Assembly (NCBI GenBank): GCA_033763455.1
Contig: JANRKO010000038.1
Coordinates: forward strand, 1 to 64,000
Length of the DNA: 64,000 nt
Direction of reading: 5' to 3'
Source: Polyangiaceae bacterium
GTDB taxonomy: Bacteria > Myxococcota_A > Polyangia > Polyangiales > Polyangiaceae
In this document: positions 36,250-46,786 of the stretch, piece by piece
How positions within the stretch are numbered: position 1 is the stretch's first letter
How the letters are laid out: every line of letters begins with the position of its first letter
Made by a program: the position numbers and the translations under genes
The notes under the pieces: model-generated
Told to the model about the DNA's origin: nothing
The model's database searches: none
What the model saw: the letters and a program-made list of their open reading frames with translations, nothing else

Positions 36250-37209
36250 ATGAAATTTCGACTCACCCTCGGAGCGGTAGCGTTTTTCACAGCCACACAG
36301 GTTCTCGGCCAGTCGCTGAATCTGAACGGTGCTGGGTCACGTCAGGTGTTGGGTGGGCCGCACCCTACAGAAAGGGCGCCGTCCGGCACGGCTACGGGCG
36401 GCTCGGGCTCCCTACTTCCCGCTTCCACTGCTCGACCAAGCCGCCAGGAAGGAAGGAACGTGAACGGGTGCCCGGGCGAGATGGTGCGCGTCAACGCCTT
36501 TTGCATTGATCGCTTTGAGGTGGCCACCGTCGATAAGCAGACCCAGGAACCCCTCTCACCCTACTATCCCCCGAACCGCCTGCAGCTTGAGCGATCCTAC
36601 AATCTCTGGCAAATCCAAGCGAAGGTGAGCGGCGAGCCGAGCGCACGCACGATGCCGCTTCCGGATCTTCCCGAGTGGCAGCGAGCGAACCCTTTTTCGC
36701 CGCAAGCTGTAAGCCGAAAAGGTGCCGTGCCGCAAGGTTATATGACGTTCTATGCGGCCCAAGAAGCCTGCGAAAATGCCGAAAAGCGCCTTTGCTCGAA
36801 GAAGGAATGGACGCTAGCTTGTAAAGGTGAAAAGAACACACTCTTTCCCTATGGCGCGAAATTCGAACGCGCCGCTTGCAACGTCTTTCACTACTATCAC
36901 CCCGCATTTTTGCTGCACGGTTCGTCCGCAATTGGCCACACCGATCCACGCCTCAATCTAGTGCTCGAACAAGGGAAACAGCCCGTGCTCGCCACAACCG
37001 GCAGCTACACCGAGTGTGCGAGCGCATGGGGCAAAGATAGAGTCTACGATATGGTGGGCAACCTCGACGAATGGGTCGCCGACGGCGCCTTCCTCGGCGG
37101 CTTCTACGCCCGCGGCACGACCAAAGGCTGTGAAGCTGAAGTAACCAACCACTCCCCCCGCTATTACGATTACTCCACTGGCACTCGCTGCTGCAAAGAT
37201 GCCAAGTAG
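36250..37209 (+). CDS. FGE-sulfatase/SUMF1-domain secreted protein
   Basis: CPGEMV...FCIDRFE, KRLC...[21 protein letters not shown]. Confidence 0.85.
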   Translation: MKFRLTLGAVAFFTATQVLGQSLNLNGAGSRQVLGGPHPTERAPSGTATGGSGSLLPASTARPSRQEGRNVNGCPGEMVRVNAFCIDRFEVATVDKQTQEPLSPYYPPNRLQLERSYNLWQIQAKVSGEPSARTMPLPDLPEWQRANPFSPQAVSRKGAVPQGYMTFYAAQEACENAEKRLCSKKEWTLACKGEKNTLFPYGAKFERAACNVFHYYHPAFLLHGSSAIGHTDPRLNLVLEQGKQPVLATTGSYTECASAWGKDRVYDMVGNLDEWVADGAFLGGFYARGTTKGCEAEVTNHSPRYYDYSTGTRCCKDAK

Positions 37210-37364
37210 CCCACGCGTACCAGCGGGTGCCATCCACTTGTTTGGTGTTCGGGGGAGGCACCTTTGCGCTAGCAAGAGGTACTTGTCATGCTAAGAATCT
37301 CCGTCGCCAACGAAAGCCACTATGTCAGGTCGAAAATCCCAACCTCAAAGCAACGGAACCTAGC

Positions 37365-37613
37365 GTGAACGCCCCTTCTTCCAAAGATCCGCTGCATGGC
37401 ATCACCTTGGAAGCGATGCTGAAGGCGCTGGTGGAGGAGCTCGGCTGGGAGCGCATGGGGCAGAGCGTGAAAATCCGGTGTTTTACGTTGGATCCAAGTA
37501 TTGGTTCGAGCCTCAAGTTCCTGCGCCGAACGCCCTGGGCGCGCGCCAAAGTGGAGCGCCTCTATCTTGCGGCGATCGTTGGGCGGGGTTGTTCGGATCC
37601 CGAGCTCGGTTGA
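37365..37613 (+). CDS. VF530/DUF2132-family small protein
   Basis: [42 protein letters not shown] start assumed. Confidence 0.88.
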   Translation: MNAPSSKDPLHGITLEAMLKALVEELGWERMGQSVKIRCFTLDPSIGSSLKFLRRTPWARAKVERLYLAAIVGRGCSDPELG

Positions 37614-37710
37614 GTTCATTCAAGGTCTGTTCGAGAACATCCTTGCCCTCACCAATTGCTCTCGAAATTTAGCCGCGAGCATCGGGGCAATTACTGAGCA
37701 CTCGCGAAAC

Positions 37711-38469
37711 CTATTCGGGAACATCCGAACGCTTGAGGTTCGCCACCACAAGGTCGCGATTCAGGCGCGCAATGTGCCCTAGGCTGATGCCCTTCGGGCA
37801 AGCGGCTTCGCATTCTCCGTGGTTGGTGCAGCTTCCGAAGCCTTCGGCGTCCATCTGCGACACCATCTTGCGCACGCGAGTGTAACGTTCCGGCTGCCCC
37901 TGCGGCAGATGCCCCAGGTGCGAGACCTTCGCAGCTGTGAACAACATGGCAGACGCATTGGGGCAAGCGGCCACACATGCTCCGCAGCCAATGCACGTAG
38001 CCGCATCGAAGGCCGCATCGGCATCGTGCTTGGGCACGGGGATGGCATTGGCATCGGGCGCCGCACCCGCACGCACGGAAACATAGCCGCCAGCCTGAAT
38101 AATGCGGTCGAATGCGCCCCTATCCACGCACAGATCTTTTAGGACTGGGAATGCCTCGGCGCGCCAGGGCTCCACCCAGATTTCTTCTCCGTCCTTGAAG
38201 CTTCGCATGTGAAGCTGGCACGTGGTGGTGAGCGCACGCGGGCCGTGGGCTGAGCCGTTGATCATCAAGCCGCACATGCCGCAGATCCCTTCGCGGCAAT
38301 CGTGATCGAAAGCTACAGGATCTTCGCCCTTCTGTTGCAGCTCCTCGTTCAGAACGTCGAGCATCTCAAGGAACGACATGTTTTCGCTGATATTGGGCAG
38401 AGGATACGTGGCGAAGCTGCCCTCCGCCGCCGCGGACTTCTGTCGCCAGATGTGCAGGGTAATCTTCAC
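37711..38469 (-). CDS. sdhB: Succinate dehydrogenase/fumarate reductase Fe-S subunit
   Basis: [33 protein letters not shown]. Confidence 0.95.
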   Translation of the reverse strand: MKITLHIWRQKSAAAEGSFATYPLPNISENMSFLEMLDVLNEELQQKGEDPVAFDHDCREGICGMCGLMINGSAHGPRALTTTCQLHMRSFKDGEEIWVEPWRAEAFPVLKDLCVDRGAFDRIIQAGGYVSVRAGAAPDANAIPVPKHDADAAFDAATCIGCGACVAACPNASAMLFTAAKVSHLGHLPQGQPERYTRVRKMVSQMDAEGFGSCTNHGECEAACPKGISLGHIARLNRDLVVANLKRSDVPE

Positions 38470-40382
38470 TTGTAGCTCCGTTGAGAAGGTTTCACGTATT
38501 CGAACTCCAGCTTTTCCTTGTGTAGCTCTGGCGCCTCACCCACCCCTTTGAATTCCCAGGCGGCTACGTAACTAAAGGCCTCGTCATTTCGAGCAGCTTC
38601 ACCTTCGGGCGTCTGGTGCTCCGTGCGAAAGTGCCCGCCGCAAGATTCTTCCCGATTGAGCGCATCACGCACCATGAGCTCAGCAAACTCAAAGAAATCC
38701 GCCACGCGGAGCGCTTTTTCGAGCGATTGATTGAGCTCAGCTCCCACGCCCGGAATAAAGACATTTTGCCAAAATTCCTCACGCAACATGGGAATGCGTA
38801 GAAGCGCTTCTTTGAGCCCTTGGGCATCACGCGCCATGCCGCACTTATCCCAGCAAAGCTTGCCGAGCTCTCGGTGGAAGGAATCCACCGTGCGCTTGCC
38901 TTTGATGCTCAGCAGCTTAGCGATACGGGCTTCCACTTCTTTGAGCGTGGCTACGGCTTCCGGTGCTTTTGCATCGGAGGCGCCAGGCTTGATTTGCGCA
39001 AGGTAGTTGCCAAGCGTGTAAGGGATCACGAAGTAGCCATCCGCTAGGCCCTGCATCAAGGCGCTCGCGCCGAGCCGATTGGCTCCGTGGTCCGAGAAAT
39101 TGGCCTCTCCTAGCACGAAGAGCCCGGGTACGTTGCTCATCAGGTTGTAATCCACCCAGAGCCCGCCCATCGTGTAATGCACGGCTGGATAGATGCGCAT
39201 GGGCATTTCGTAGGGGCTTTCCCCCGTAATGCTCTCATACATATCAAAGAGGTTGCCGTAGCGGCTCTCAATGGTGGAGCGCCCAAGGCGAGCTATGGCG
39301 TCGGCAAAATCAAGGTACACGCCGAGGCCGCCTGGGCCCACGCCACGCCCTTCGTCGCACACTTCTTTGGCACTGCGCGAAGCGATATCGCGCGGCACTA
39401 GGTTTCCAAAGCTCGGGTACTTTCGCTCTAGGTAATAATCCCTATCTGCCTCGGCGATGCTCGATGCAGCTCGGCCCACATCTTCCTTCTTCTTCGGAAC
39501 CCATACGCGGCCATCGTTACGCAGCGATTCGCTCATGAGCGTGAGCTTGGATTGGTAATCACCACTTACCGGGATGCACGTCGGGTGGATCTGCGTGTAG
39601 CAGGGGTTAGCAAAATATGCTCCACGCCGATGTGCGCGCCACGAGGCCATCACGTTGCAGCCCTTGGCATTGGTGGAAAGGTAAAAGACGTTGCCGTAGC
39701 CGCCCGTGCAAAGAAGCACCGCGTCCGCCATTTGGCATTCGAGCTTCCCCGTCACCATGTCGCGCGTGACGATGCCGCGCGCTTTGCCATCGATCACGAT
39801 GACATCCATCATTTCGGTACGGGTATCCATCTTCACAGTGCCCGCAGCCACCTGGCGCTCCAACGCCTGGTAGGCCCCGAGCAAAAGTTGCTGGCCCGTC
39901 TGCCCGCGGGCGTAAAACGTGCGGGAAACCTGGGCGCCGCCGAAGGAGCGGTTGTCCAGAAGGCCGCCATATTCACGCGCGAACGGCACGCCTTGAGCGA
40001 CACATTGATCGATAATATTGACGCTGATTTCCGCCAAGCGGTGCACGTTGGATTCGCGCGCTCGAAAATCACCACCCTTTACCGTGTCGTAAAACAATCG
40101 GTGCACGCTATCGCCGTCGTTTTGATAATTTTTGGCGGCGTTGATGCCACCTTGCGCGGCAATACTGTGCGCGCGCCTGGGGCTATCTTGGTAGCAGTAG
40201 CAGCGCACGCGGTAGCCCAGCTCACCGAGAGTGGCAGCGGCTGAAGCACCGGCGAGCCCAGAGCCCACCACAATCACTTCAAACTTTCGTTTATTGGCTG
40301 GGTTCACCAGCTTCATGTTGAAGCGGTGCCTTTCCCAACGGGTTTCGATCGGGCCAGAGGGGGCGTTGCCGTTCAGTTCCAT
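38466..40382 (-). CDS. sdhA: Succinate dehydrogenase/fumarate reductase flavoprotein subunit
   Basis: [47 protein letters not shown]. Confidence 0.95.
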   Translation of the reverse strand: MELNGNAPSGPIETRWERHRFNMKLVNPANKRKFEVIVVGSGLAGASAAATLGELGYRVRCYCYQDSPRRAHSIAAQGGINAAKNYQNDGDSVHRLFYDTVKGGDFRARESNVHRLAEISVNIIDQCVAQGVPFAREYGGLLDNRSFGGAQVSRTFYARGQTGQQLLLGAYQALERQVAAGTVKMDTRTEMMDVIVIDGKARGIVTRDMVTGKLECQMADAVLLCTGGYGNVFYLSTNAKGCNVMASWRAHRRGAYFANPCYTQIHPTCIPVSGDYQSKLTLMSESLRNDGRVWVPKKKEDVGRAASSIAEADRDYYLERKYPSFGNLVPRDIASRSAKEVCDEGRGVGPGGLGVYLDFADAIARLGRSTIESRYGNLFDMYESITGESPYEMPMRIYPAVHYTMGGLWVDYNLMSNVPGLFVLGEANFSDHGANRLGASALMQGLADGYFVIPYTLGNYLAQIKPGASDAKAPEAVATLKEVEARIAKLLSIKGKRTVDSFHRELGKLCWDKCGMARDAQGLKEALLRIPMLREEFWQNVFIPGVGAELNQSLEKALRVADFFEFAELMVRDALNREESCGGHFRTEHQTPEGEAARNDEAFSYVAAWEFKGVGEAPELHKEKLEFEYVKPSQRSYK

Positions 40383-40416
40383 CGTTCAGTTAACCTTTCG
40401 CTCCGTAACGCCGCAC

Positions 40417-41112
40417 TCAGCCGACCAAGCCAAGCCAAACAGATAGGGGAATCGAGATATTGCCAAGCGTAAGGAGAATGGCCGCAGCGGCGCTCAGGCT
40501 GCGCAACCGCGGTTGCACCTTGGGGCTATTGAGGCCAATGGATTGCGTCATGCTCCAGATGCCGTGATAGATGTGGAAGCCCACGCAGAGGTTGGCCAAC
40601 ATGTAGCTTACTGCGACCCACGGGATCTGAAATCCGTTCACTAGGTTCGCGTACACATCCGTGGAGCTGTGCTCATAGTCGCCCATGGGAGTGCCGAACG
40701 TGAGATGGGCCAGGTGGTAAAACAGGTAGAAAAAGACGATCGGGCCGGAGATGTACATCGTGCGCGCCGCATACGTGGTGGCGGCGTCTTTGCGCACCTT
40801 GTAACCCACCGGGCGAGCGTCTTTGTTGCGCATCCACAACTTAAAGGCGCACACAATGTGCACGCACACAGAGGCTAAGAGCCCGAGGCGCGCGGCCCAC
40901 AGCAACTCGGGATGCGCGTGGAGCTCAGCCGAATACGCGTTGATAGCTTCTGGGCCGACGAAGATGAGGGCGTTGCCCGCTAGGTGCGCAACGAGAAACC
41001 CTACGAGTGCCAGCCCCGTCACTGCCATGAGCACCTTGAGGCCTACCGTTTGGCTGAAGAGGCTCTTGAGCCCGCTCGGCCCGATGTCACGCCATGCGTT
41101 GATCTGACTCAT
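40417..41112 (-). CDS. sdhC: Succinate dehydrogenase cytochrome b subunit
   Basis: K.LMAVTG...HLAGN, multiple TM segments with His ligands, HIYHG.WS..QS.G; start refined to about 41112. Confidence 0.9.
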   Translation of the reverse strand: MSQINAWRDIGPSGLKSLFSQTVGLKVLMAVTGLALVGFLVAHLAGNALIFVGPEAINAYSAELHAHPELLWAARLGLLASVCVHIVCAFKLWMRNKDARPVGYKVRKDAATTYAARTMYISGPIVFFYLFYHLAHLTFGTPMGDYEHSSTDVYANLVNGFQIPWVAVSYMLANLCVGFHIYHGIWSMTQSIGLNSPKVQPRLRSLSAAAAILLTLGNISIPLSVWLGLVG

Positions 41113-41531
41113 GGCGCGCAACATGATGGAGCTTATTGCCGGTTGCAATAGCTGGGAGCGAGCGCCGCGGATTTGAGAGGCGGTTGTTCGGGATTCGAAG
41201 CGCCTCTTGCCCCCGATTTTCATGCCACTTGGGGACCGTTGGTCTAGGGGGGAGTGGAAGCCTCGGCTCTAGTGCTGGGGCCGCTCTTACACAGAACCGG
41301 ACTGGCGGGACATGATTCGGTGCTTCGGGGGTCGGCCGAAGCCAGCTTGGGGGCAGTTGCGCGGAGTTGTCGTCAGAATCGTACCGGCCGAGAGTTTGCA
41401 CTGGCTTACGATCTTGCGACGTTTGGGAATTCGCAGGTGGGCTCCTTTTTCTTGTTCGCGCTCCTCAATTTTCGAGGAGTGTCAAGCCGTGGCCTTGCCG
41501 CTACGGTTACCGCCTTTTTCAGACTCACGCC

Positions 41532-41594
41532 GTCCAATTCTTTGTTGGAGCAGACGGCGGCAAGGCCGCCGCTGCTCAACTCGGATCATTGGAG
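41532..41594 (+). other. attC-like (integron cassette-type) imperfect palindrome
   Basis: R''-like GTCCAAT, 5 nt, L'' GTTG[G]AGC, AG[A]CGGCGGC-AAG-GCCGCCG-CT, L' GCTCAAC, 7 nt, R'-like ATTGGAG; 63 bp with two extrahelical bases; the core is AAT/ATT rather than AAC/GTT. Confidence 0.55.
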
Positions 41595-41619
41595 GGATTC
41601 GCGCACATGCCTCAAAGGC

Positions 41620-42030
41620 TTAGGCACGGCTCCTCGTCAGGATATATCTTCCTCCGCTTGCCTCTCCTTCGTAGAAAGCAAGCCTTCCCGGCACGCACGA
41701 GACCACAGTACCCGGCACGCGTCCAACTACGGCGTCAAGCGCATCTCCCAGCAACATGCTTCGTCCGTCTAGACTTGCATTCGCACTGACAACGTAACAT
41801 GTATCAGGGGCACCCTTGGAACGGAGCCAACTCAGAATCCCCTCTGATGTCTGGCTAGACGGAGGCAGGTTTTCAACACATTGCGGATCAAAATCCGAAA
41901 AGTGGTAAAGGGACTGAAGGAAATCCTTCCTCCGTTTCTTACTAGCCAGGAGTTCTTGAACCCGGCGTCGTTTGTGCGACACGATGAACGCCCTTGCGAA
42001 ATCGCCTTCGATATCCGGTGCCGTAGTCAA
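41620..42030 (-). CDS. Small hypothetical protein
   Basis: Strong GGAGGAGG RBS before a TTG at 42030; 136 aa with a globular-looking sequence (GAPDTCYVVS...SCVPGRLAFYEGE). Confidence 0.7.
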   Translation of the reverse strand: MTTAPDIEGDFARAFIVSHKRRRVQELLASKKRRKDFLQSLYHFSDFDPQCVENLPPSSQTSEGILSWLRSKGAPDTCYVVSANASLDGRSMLLGDALDAVVGRVPGTVVSCVPGRLAFYEGEASGGRYILTRSRA

Positions 42031-42130
42031 TTTTCCTCCTCCCACCCGTGTAGTATCCCGAATCGGCCGTATTCCCCGACGGTCACTTCCTGAGCGAGGG
42101 CAAGTAACCAAAGCACTCCGGCTATGCTCC

Positions 42131-42385
42131 TCACGACCCAGCCGCCAAGCCTTGCTCCATGAAACGATGTAGATGAAACTTCAGTTCATTACAGCTTGTA
42201 ATAACCTGAGATCCCTCGCGCTTTAGCCGGTGTTTCAGCACCTGCCAGTAGTTCTGCGCCGCCTTGTAGCTCGCCTGCTGCGTCAACACCTGCATGATGT
42301 CCACCACCGAGAACCACCAGACGTCGGCTTTCTCGTCGTAGACCCGGCGAATCTCGTGTACCTCGAAAACCGCGAAAGTCTTCAT
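42131..42385 (-). pseudogene. Truncated BRO-N (antirepressor-like) domain gene
   Basis: GGAGG RBS; FE...IRRVYDE...WWFSVVDI..VLT...NYW.VLK.RL..EGS.....C..LK, then homology is lost abruptly and a stop follows. Confidence 0.7.
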
Positions 42386-42655
42386 ACTACCTCCCGAATT
42401 CGGCCTAGCACCTCGACGCACTCCGCGTCCAGAACCGCAATCTCGATGCATCGCCGTGCCCCCGCCGTGTGGTGCCGGACCCCGCGGCCTCAACTCTCCC
42501 TCCGCGAGCGTGTTGGGAGTGTGGTCCGAGTACCGCGTGGGTTTTCAGGCTCTGGGCAGCCCGGAGACCATCCACCGTCGAGCTGGCGCTAGCGAGACCG
42601 GGCGGTCCTTTGTCGGATCGAAGTCTTTCCAGTTAGCTTGAGAAAACTTCAGCGC

Positions 42656-43195
42656 CTAGCGGACGAATAGGTCCTTCAGTTCGAGGGTGAAGCCCGGCAA
42701 CAACGGAGACTCAAGCTTGCCTTCAACCAGTTCCCTAACCTGTGCCAAGCCTTCCGCTGCTCGAACTTCTATGGCGCCTGCTTGGTCGATCAGCCAGTAC
42801 TCCCGCACGCCGGCTTCCGCGTACACATACCGCTTGGCCACCCGATCGTAACTTCGGTTTAACGACAGTACCTCGATGCAAAGGTCCGGGACCCGATCAA
42901 TCGGCCCCTCTTGGTCTGGGGGTAGCTTGCACAAAAAGACGCAAGCATCGGGTTGCAGGATTCTGCCCGGCCCGAAGCGGATATCGAGCGGCGCTTGCGT
43001 GAGAGTCACGGGCTCCGGATGTGTATCGACCCACCTGCCGAGGGCCAGCACTAAACGTCGCAAGATTTCTTGATGTCGAAAGCTCGGGATCGGCGCCATC
43101 ACTACCTCCCCATCCAAGAGCTCCACTTGCTGCATAGACTCCGGGAGAGCCAAGAACTCGGCTTCGGTTACCAGGGAGCGAGCAGCGTTTGTCAC
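42656..43195 (-). CDS. Uma2-family (DUF820) endonuclease-like protein
   Basis: EFLALPE...ELLDG, HQ, QPD, PDLCIEVLS, DRVAK...YAEAGVREYWLID. Confidence 0.9.
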   Translation of the reverse strand: MTNAARSLVTEAEFLALPESMQQVELLDGEVVMAPIPSFRHQEILRRLVLALGRWVDTHPEPVTLTQAPLDIRFGPGRILQPDACVFLCKLPPDQEGPIDRVPDLCIEVLSLNRSYDRVAKRYVYAEAGVREYWLIDQAGAIEVRAAEGLAQVRELVEGKLESPLLPGFTLELKDLFVR

Positions 43196-43338
43196 CGGCG
43201 CTGAGTATAGCTGAAGGTGCTCGGAAAGCGAACCCGCAACGGTTTGAGTCACACGAATTCTACGCGGAGGCCGGATATTTGGACGAGACAAAAAAAACAG
43301 ATCGCACGATGCTCCGACACAGAATTAGACTTCGCACC

Positions 43339-44520
43339 ATGCTGGACCAACTACTGCTCGCGACCAAAAAGGGGACGCTCATTTTCGACCGAGAAAACGG
43401 GAGCTGGAAGCCCCGCCCCATCTCGCACCCGGGGCTTGCTGTTAGCTATGTGGCGCGGGACCCACGTGACGGCACCATCTGGGCCTGCATGGACAACGCA
43501 CACTGGGGCCCTGCCCTCTCGCGATCGAAAGACGACGGCGTCACCTGGGAAGATACGAGTCGCATCGCGTACCCCAAAGGAGCTCGCTACATCGAGCAGC
43601 TCATCCCCAGCCCGGAAACCATGGCGGCAGCAGAACGGCCTATCCAGTACAAACCTGCAGTGCTCATGAAGGTCTGGAGCCTCGGCTTTGCGGGAGAGGA
43701 TCAACCGGGAGTGATCCACGCGGGAACGCTCCCAGGAGGCCTTTTCACCACACGCGATGGCGGCGAAAGCTGGGAGCTCAACCGGCCATTGTGGAACCAC
43801 GAAAGCCGCGGTGGAGATCTCTTCGCCGGCGAGGCCACCAGCAAAAATCAGTGGGGAGGCACCCCTGCGGCCATGGCCTACGGGGATTTCGTTCCAGGCA
43901 TCCACTCAGTGGTCGTAGATCCTCGGGACTCGAACCACTTCTACGTTGCTGTAAGTTGCGCTGGGGTCGCAGAAACTCGTGACGGGGGAAAGACATGGGC
44001 GGGCTGCAACCGTGGCATGCTGAATGATTACCTACCCAACCCGGAAGCCGCTTGGGGGCATGACCCTCACCTTGTGACGTTATGCCCGGGCCAACCCAAT
44101 CGGCTTTGGCAACAGAATCACAGCGGTGTCTTCACGAGCGAAGACGGCGCCGGAACTTGGAAACGGGTAAGCAAGCCCGAGGTAGCTGTCCACTTTGGCT
44201 TTCCCATTGCCGCCGATAGCAACAGCGGCAACACCGCTTGGGTAGTCCCTCTGCGCGGCGACCAAGAGCGGATGACAGTGGGGGGTGGGCTTTTCGTCGC
44301 CCGAACCGACGACGCCGGCGGCAGTTGGCAAGTATTCCGCAAAGGATTGCCTCAGGAGAATTGCTACGACGTTGTTTACCGGCACGCACTCGACGCGAGT
44401 GGAGATCGAGTTTGCTTCGGCAGCACAACTGGCAACGTGTATATGTCGGAAGATCGGGGAGAAACCTGGAGTTGCCTCGGCAACCACTTGCCACCTATTC
44501 ACTCTGTACGATTCGCTTAG
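43339..44520 (+). CDS. BNR/Asp-box repeat (sialidase-like) beta-propeller protein, cytoplasmic
   Basis: Repeated [ST]xDxGxxW motifs (SKDDGVTW, TRDGGESW, TRDGGKTW, SEDGAGTW, SEDRGETW); QQNHSG; no signal peptide; start refined to 43339. Confidence 0.88.
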   Translation: MLDQLLLATKKGTLIFDRENGSWKPRPISHPGLAVSYVARDPRDGTIWACMDNAHWGPALSRSKDDGVTWEDTSRIAYPKGARYIEQLIPSPETMAAAERPIQYKPAVLMKVWSLGFAGEDQPGVIHAGTLPGGLFTTRDGGESWELNRPLWNHESRGGDLFAGEATSKNQWGGTPAAMAYGDFVPGIHSVVVDPRDSNHFYVAVSCAGVAETRDGGKTWAGCNRGMLNDYLPNPEAAWGHDPHLVTLCPGQPNRLWQQNHSGVFTSEDGAGTWKRVSKPEVAVHFGFPIAADSNSGNTAWVVPLRGDQERMTVGGGLFVARTDDAGGSWQVFRKGLPQENCYDVVYRHALDASGDRVCFGSTTGNVYMSEDRGETWSCLGNHLPPIHSVRFA

Positions 44521-44523
44521 CCC

Positions 44524-44796
44524 ATGGCTCAGGTAACCTTCACCAAGCATTTGCAGCGCTTTTTCCCCAGCCTCGCCGCTCTAGAGGTACCCGGCGGCAG
44601 TGTGCGCGAAGTGATCGACGCACTGGAGCAGCGCTATCCCGGCCTCTCCGCCTACCTGGTTGACGAAGCTGGTAGGCTCCGCCGACACGTCAACATCTTC
44701 GTTAGGGAAGAGCCTATCTACGACCGCGAGACACTGGGCGACAAGCTCGCCCCCAACGACTCAGTGTTCATCGTGCAAGCTCTATCGGGCGGCTAG
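44524..44796 (+). CDS. MoaD/ThiS-family ubiquitin-like protein
   Basis: 90 aa beta-grasp pattern (LRRHVNIFV) ending in the di-Gly ALSGG. Confidence 0.9.
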   Translation: MAQVTFTKHLQRFFPSLAALEVPGGSVREVIDALEQRYPGLSAYLVDEAGRLRRHVNIFVREEPIYDRETLGDKLAPNDSVFIVQALSGG

Positions 44797-44853
44797 CTGG
44801 CGCGACACGTAAGAAAGATCGACGAATAGAAGCCCAGCGCGCCCCTTCAAACG

Positions 44854-45405
44854 CTACTTTGATGCGGGATGTTTGAATAGCTTACGCTGCAAGCTGCGGC
44901 GATGCAGGCCCAAGAGGCGCGCGGCCTGGCTGATATTCCCACCCGAATCCAAAAGAACCCGTTGAATGTGCTCCCACTCGGCTCTCGCAAGCGAGGGCAC
45001 TTCGTGTTCCGATGTCGAGGGCGCCACGGTGGACGTAGAAGAGCGCTCAAAAGCGGCCAAAATATCGTCGATGTCGGCGGGCTTGGTGAGGTAGTGCGTA
45101 GCACCCAAACGCACGGCTTCAAGCGCCGTTGCGATACTGCCATACCCGGTCAACACCACAATATTCGTGGTGGTGTCGATTTGCTTGAGCGCTCTTACGA
45201 GCTCAAGGCCTGACATTCCCGGCATCTTGAGATCCAAAAGAGCTAGCTCAGGGCTTTCGGTATGTGCCAAAAGGAGCGCCTGCTCTCCATCAGCCGCAGT
45301 GCGAACTTCGAAACCCCGTTCAGCAAAGGCGCTGGCGAGCCGATTTCGAAAGGTAGCATCGTCGTCGACGAGCAAAAGGGTGCGAGAGGAGTCAGGCACG
45401 GGCAT
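44854..45405 (-). CDS. RegA/PrrA/ActR-family response regulator
   Basis: LLLVDDD, DLKMP, LTGYGSIATA..A...GA..YL.KP, SLAR.EWEHIQRVL..GGNISQAARLLGLHRRSLQRKL.K. Confidence 0.92.
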   Translation of the reverse strand: MPVPDSSRTLLLVDDDATFRNRLASAFAERGFEVRTAADGEQALLLAHTESPELALLDLKMPGMSGLELVRALKQIDTTTNIVVLTGYGSIATALEAVRLGATHYLTKPADIDDILAAFERSSTSTVAPSTSEHEVPSLARAEWEHIQRVLLDSGGNISQAARLLGLHRRSLQRKLFKHPASK

Positions 45406-46696
45406 GGCTCTCGGTAAGTGGAAGCTCAATCGCGGCTCTAGTGCCGTGGTTCAGCTTTGAAGTGAACACGAAGCGCCCACCTAAACGCTCTGCAAACGCG
45501 GTGGCCAGAAAGATTCCAAGCCCCATGCCTTGCCCGGGAGGCTTCGTGGTGAAGAAAGGCTCGCCGATGCGCGGCAGCAACTCGGGTGGCACACCGGCCC
45601 CGGAATCTTCCACGACAAACCGCACCAGCCGTTGTTCTACCTCCGCACTCAAACGCACGGGCTTTGCTGAGGCATCGCTCGCGCAGAGGGCATTTTGCAC
45701 CAAGCTTACAAGAACCTGTGTGAGCCCTTCAATTGGGCACACGAGCTCGGTTTCGGTGAGAGGCAGCCTCTCCACTCGCTCAGCTTGGGTTGGGCTCAGG
45801 CGCTCGCACGTGCGGGCTAACACTTCGGACGATGTAATTCGCTCGGACGTCTCACCCATCGTTTGCCCCGCCTGAGCGCTCATGCGGCGCAAGATGTCGT
45901 GGCAACGCTCAAGTTCGGCGCGGATCAAACGCGCATCGTCCAACGCTCGTTCAGGGTTTTGGGTGATGAGTCGATCCAACTCCTTGGCGGCAACGGCAAT
46001 GGTAGAGAGCGGGGTCCCGAGCTCGTGCGCTGCACCCGCCGAAAGCGTGCTCAGCGAAGCCAACTTTTCGCTCCTTGCACGGGCGAACTCAGCCTCCGCC
46101 AACTGGGCCTCACGCTCGCGCAAAGAACGAGCAAGCTGCGCTACGAAATAAGCGATGAGCGCCGCCGCAACAGTAAAGGCAACCCACATGCCTTGCAGGT
46201 GAATCGAGAAGGCGGAGCCACCATGGTGCGCGTGCTCCAAGCCCGCAATCGGAATGTGCCAGAAAAACAGCGTGGCAAAGGCCAAAGAAGCCAATGCCAC
46301 GATACCCACGGCCCACCACATCCCTAAAACCAATGCCGCGAGCGTAACGTGCACCAGATAAAGCACGCTAAAAGGATTGGATGGGCCGCCGCTCAGGTAG
46401 AGCAATGCGGTGAGCACCAAGGTATCAAAGAGAAGCACCCACCCAATCGAGCGTGTCGATACTTCGGGGCGGCGGGTGAGCCAGAGCGAGATGGCTCCGT
46501 TGGAGGCAGCCGTTGCGAGAACTAAAAACGAAAGCGGAAAAAGCGGGAGCCCTAACTTTAAGATCCAGGCGCTGATCGCTATCGTAAGCGCCTGACCGAC
46601 CACAGCACCCCAACGCAGAGGCACAAGCCAGGCGAGCGAGATGGCGGCCGCCGAGGAACTTGCCGCAACTTTCTTCAGGGGGATCGAACGGGGCAC
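45392..46696 (-). CDS. RegB/PrrB/ActS-family sensor histidine kinase
   Basis: About 6 TM segments; SGGPSNPF quinone-site-like motif; HLQGMW; AAHELGTPL; PFFTTK..G.GMGLG. Confidence 0.9.
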   Translation of the reverse strand: MPRSIPLKKVAASSSAAAISLAWLVPLRWGAVVGQALTIAISAWILKLGLPLFPLSFLVLATAASNGAISLWLTRRPEVSTRSIGWVLLFDTLVLTALLYLSGGPSNPFSVLYLVHVTLAALVLGMWWAVGIVALASLAFATLFFWHIPIAGLEHAHHGGSAFSIHLQGMWVAFTVAAALIAYFVAQLARSLREREAQLAEAEFARARSEKLASLSTLSAGAAHELGTPLSTIAVAAKELDRLITQNPERALDDARLIRAELERCHDILRRMSAQAGQTMGETSERITSSEVLARTCERLSPTQAERVERLPLTETELVCPIEGLTQVLVSLVQNALCASDASAKPVRLSAEVEQRLVRFVVEDSGAGVPPELLPRIGEPFFTTKPPGQGMGLGIFLATAFAERLGGRFVFTSKLNHGTRAAIELPLTESHARA

Positions 46697-46735
46697 GCCG
46701 CGGGCGAGGCTAGCCGATTTGGGTCAGAGCGCCAT

Positions 46736-46750
46736 GCGACACTTTGCCGC
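46736..46750. promoter_or_regulatory. Putative RegA/RegR binding box
   Basis: GCGAC-ACTTT-GCCGC is the reverse complement of the RegR/PrrA consensus GCGGC-N5-GTCGC; it lies in the divergent spacer next to the regB-like gene. Confidence 0.65.
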
Positions 46751-46786
46751 TTGGTCAAAGCGGAAGGGCCGACAGATAGTGGCCAT

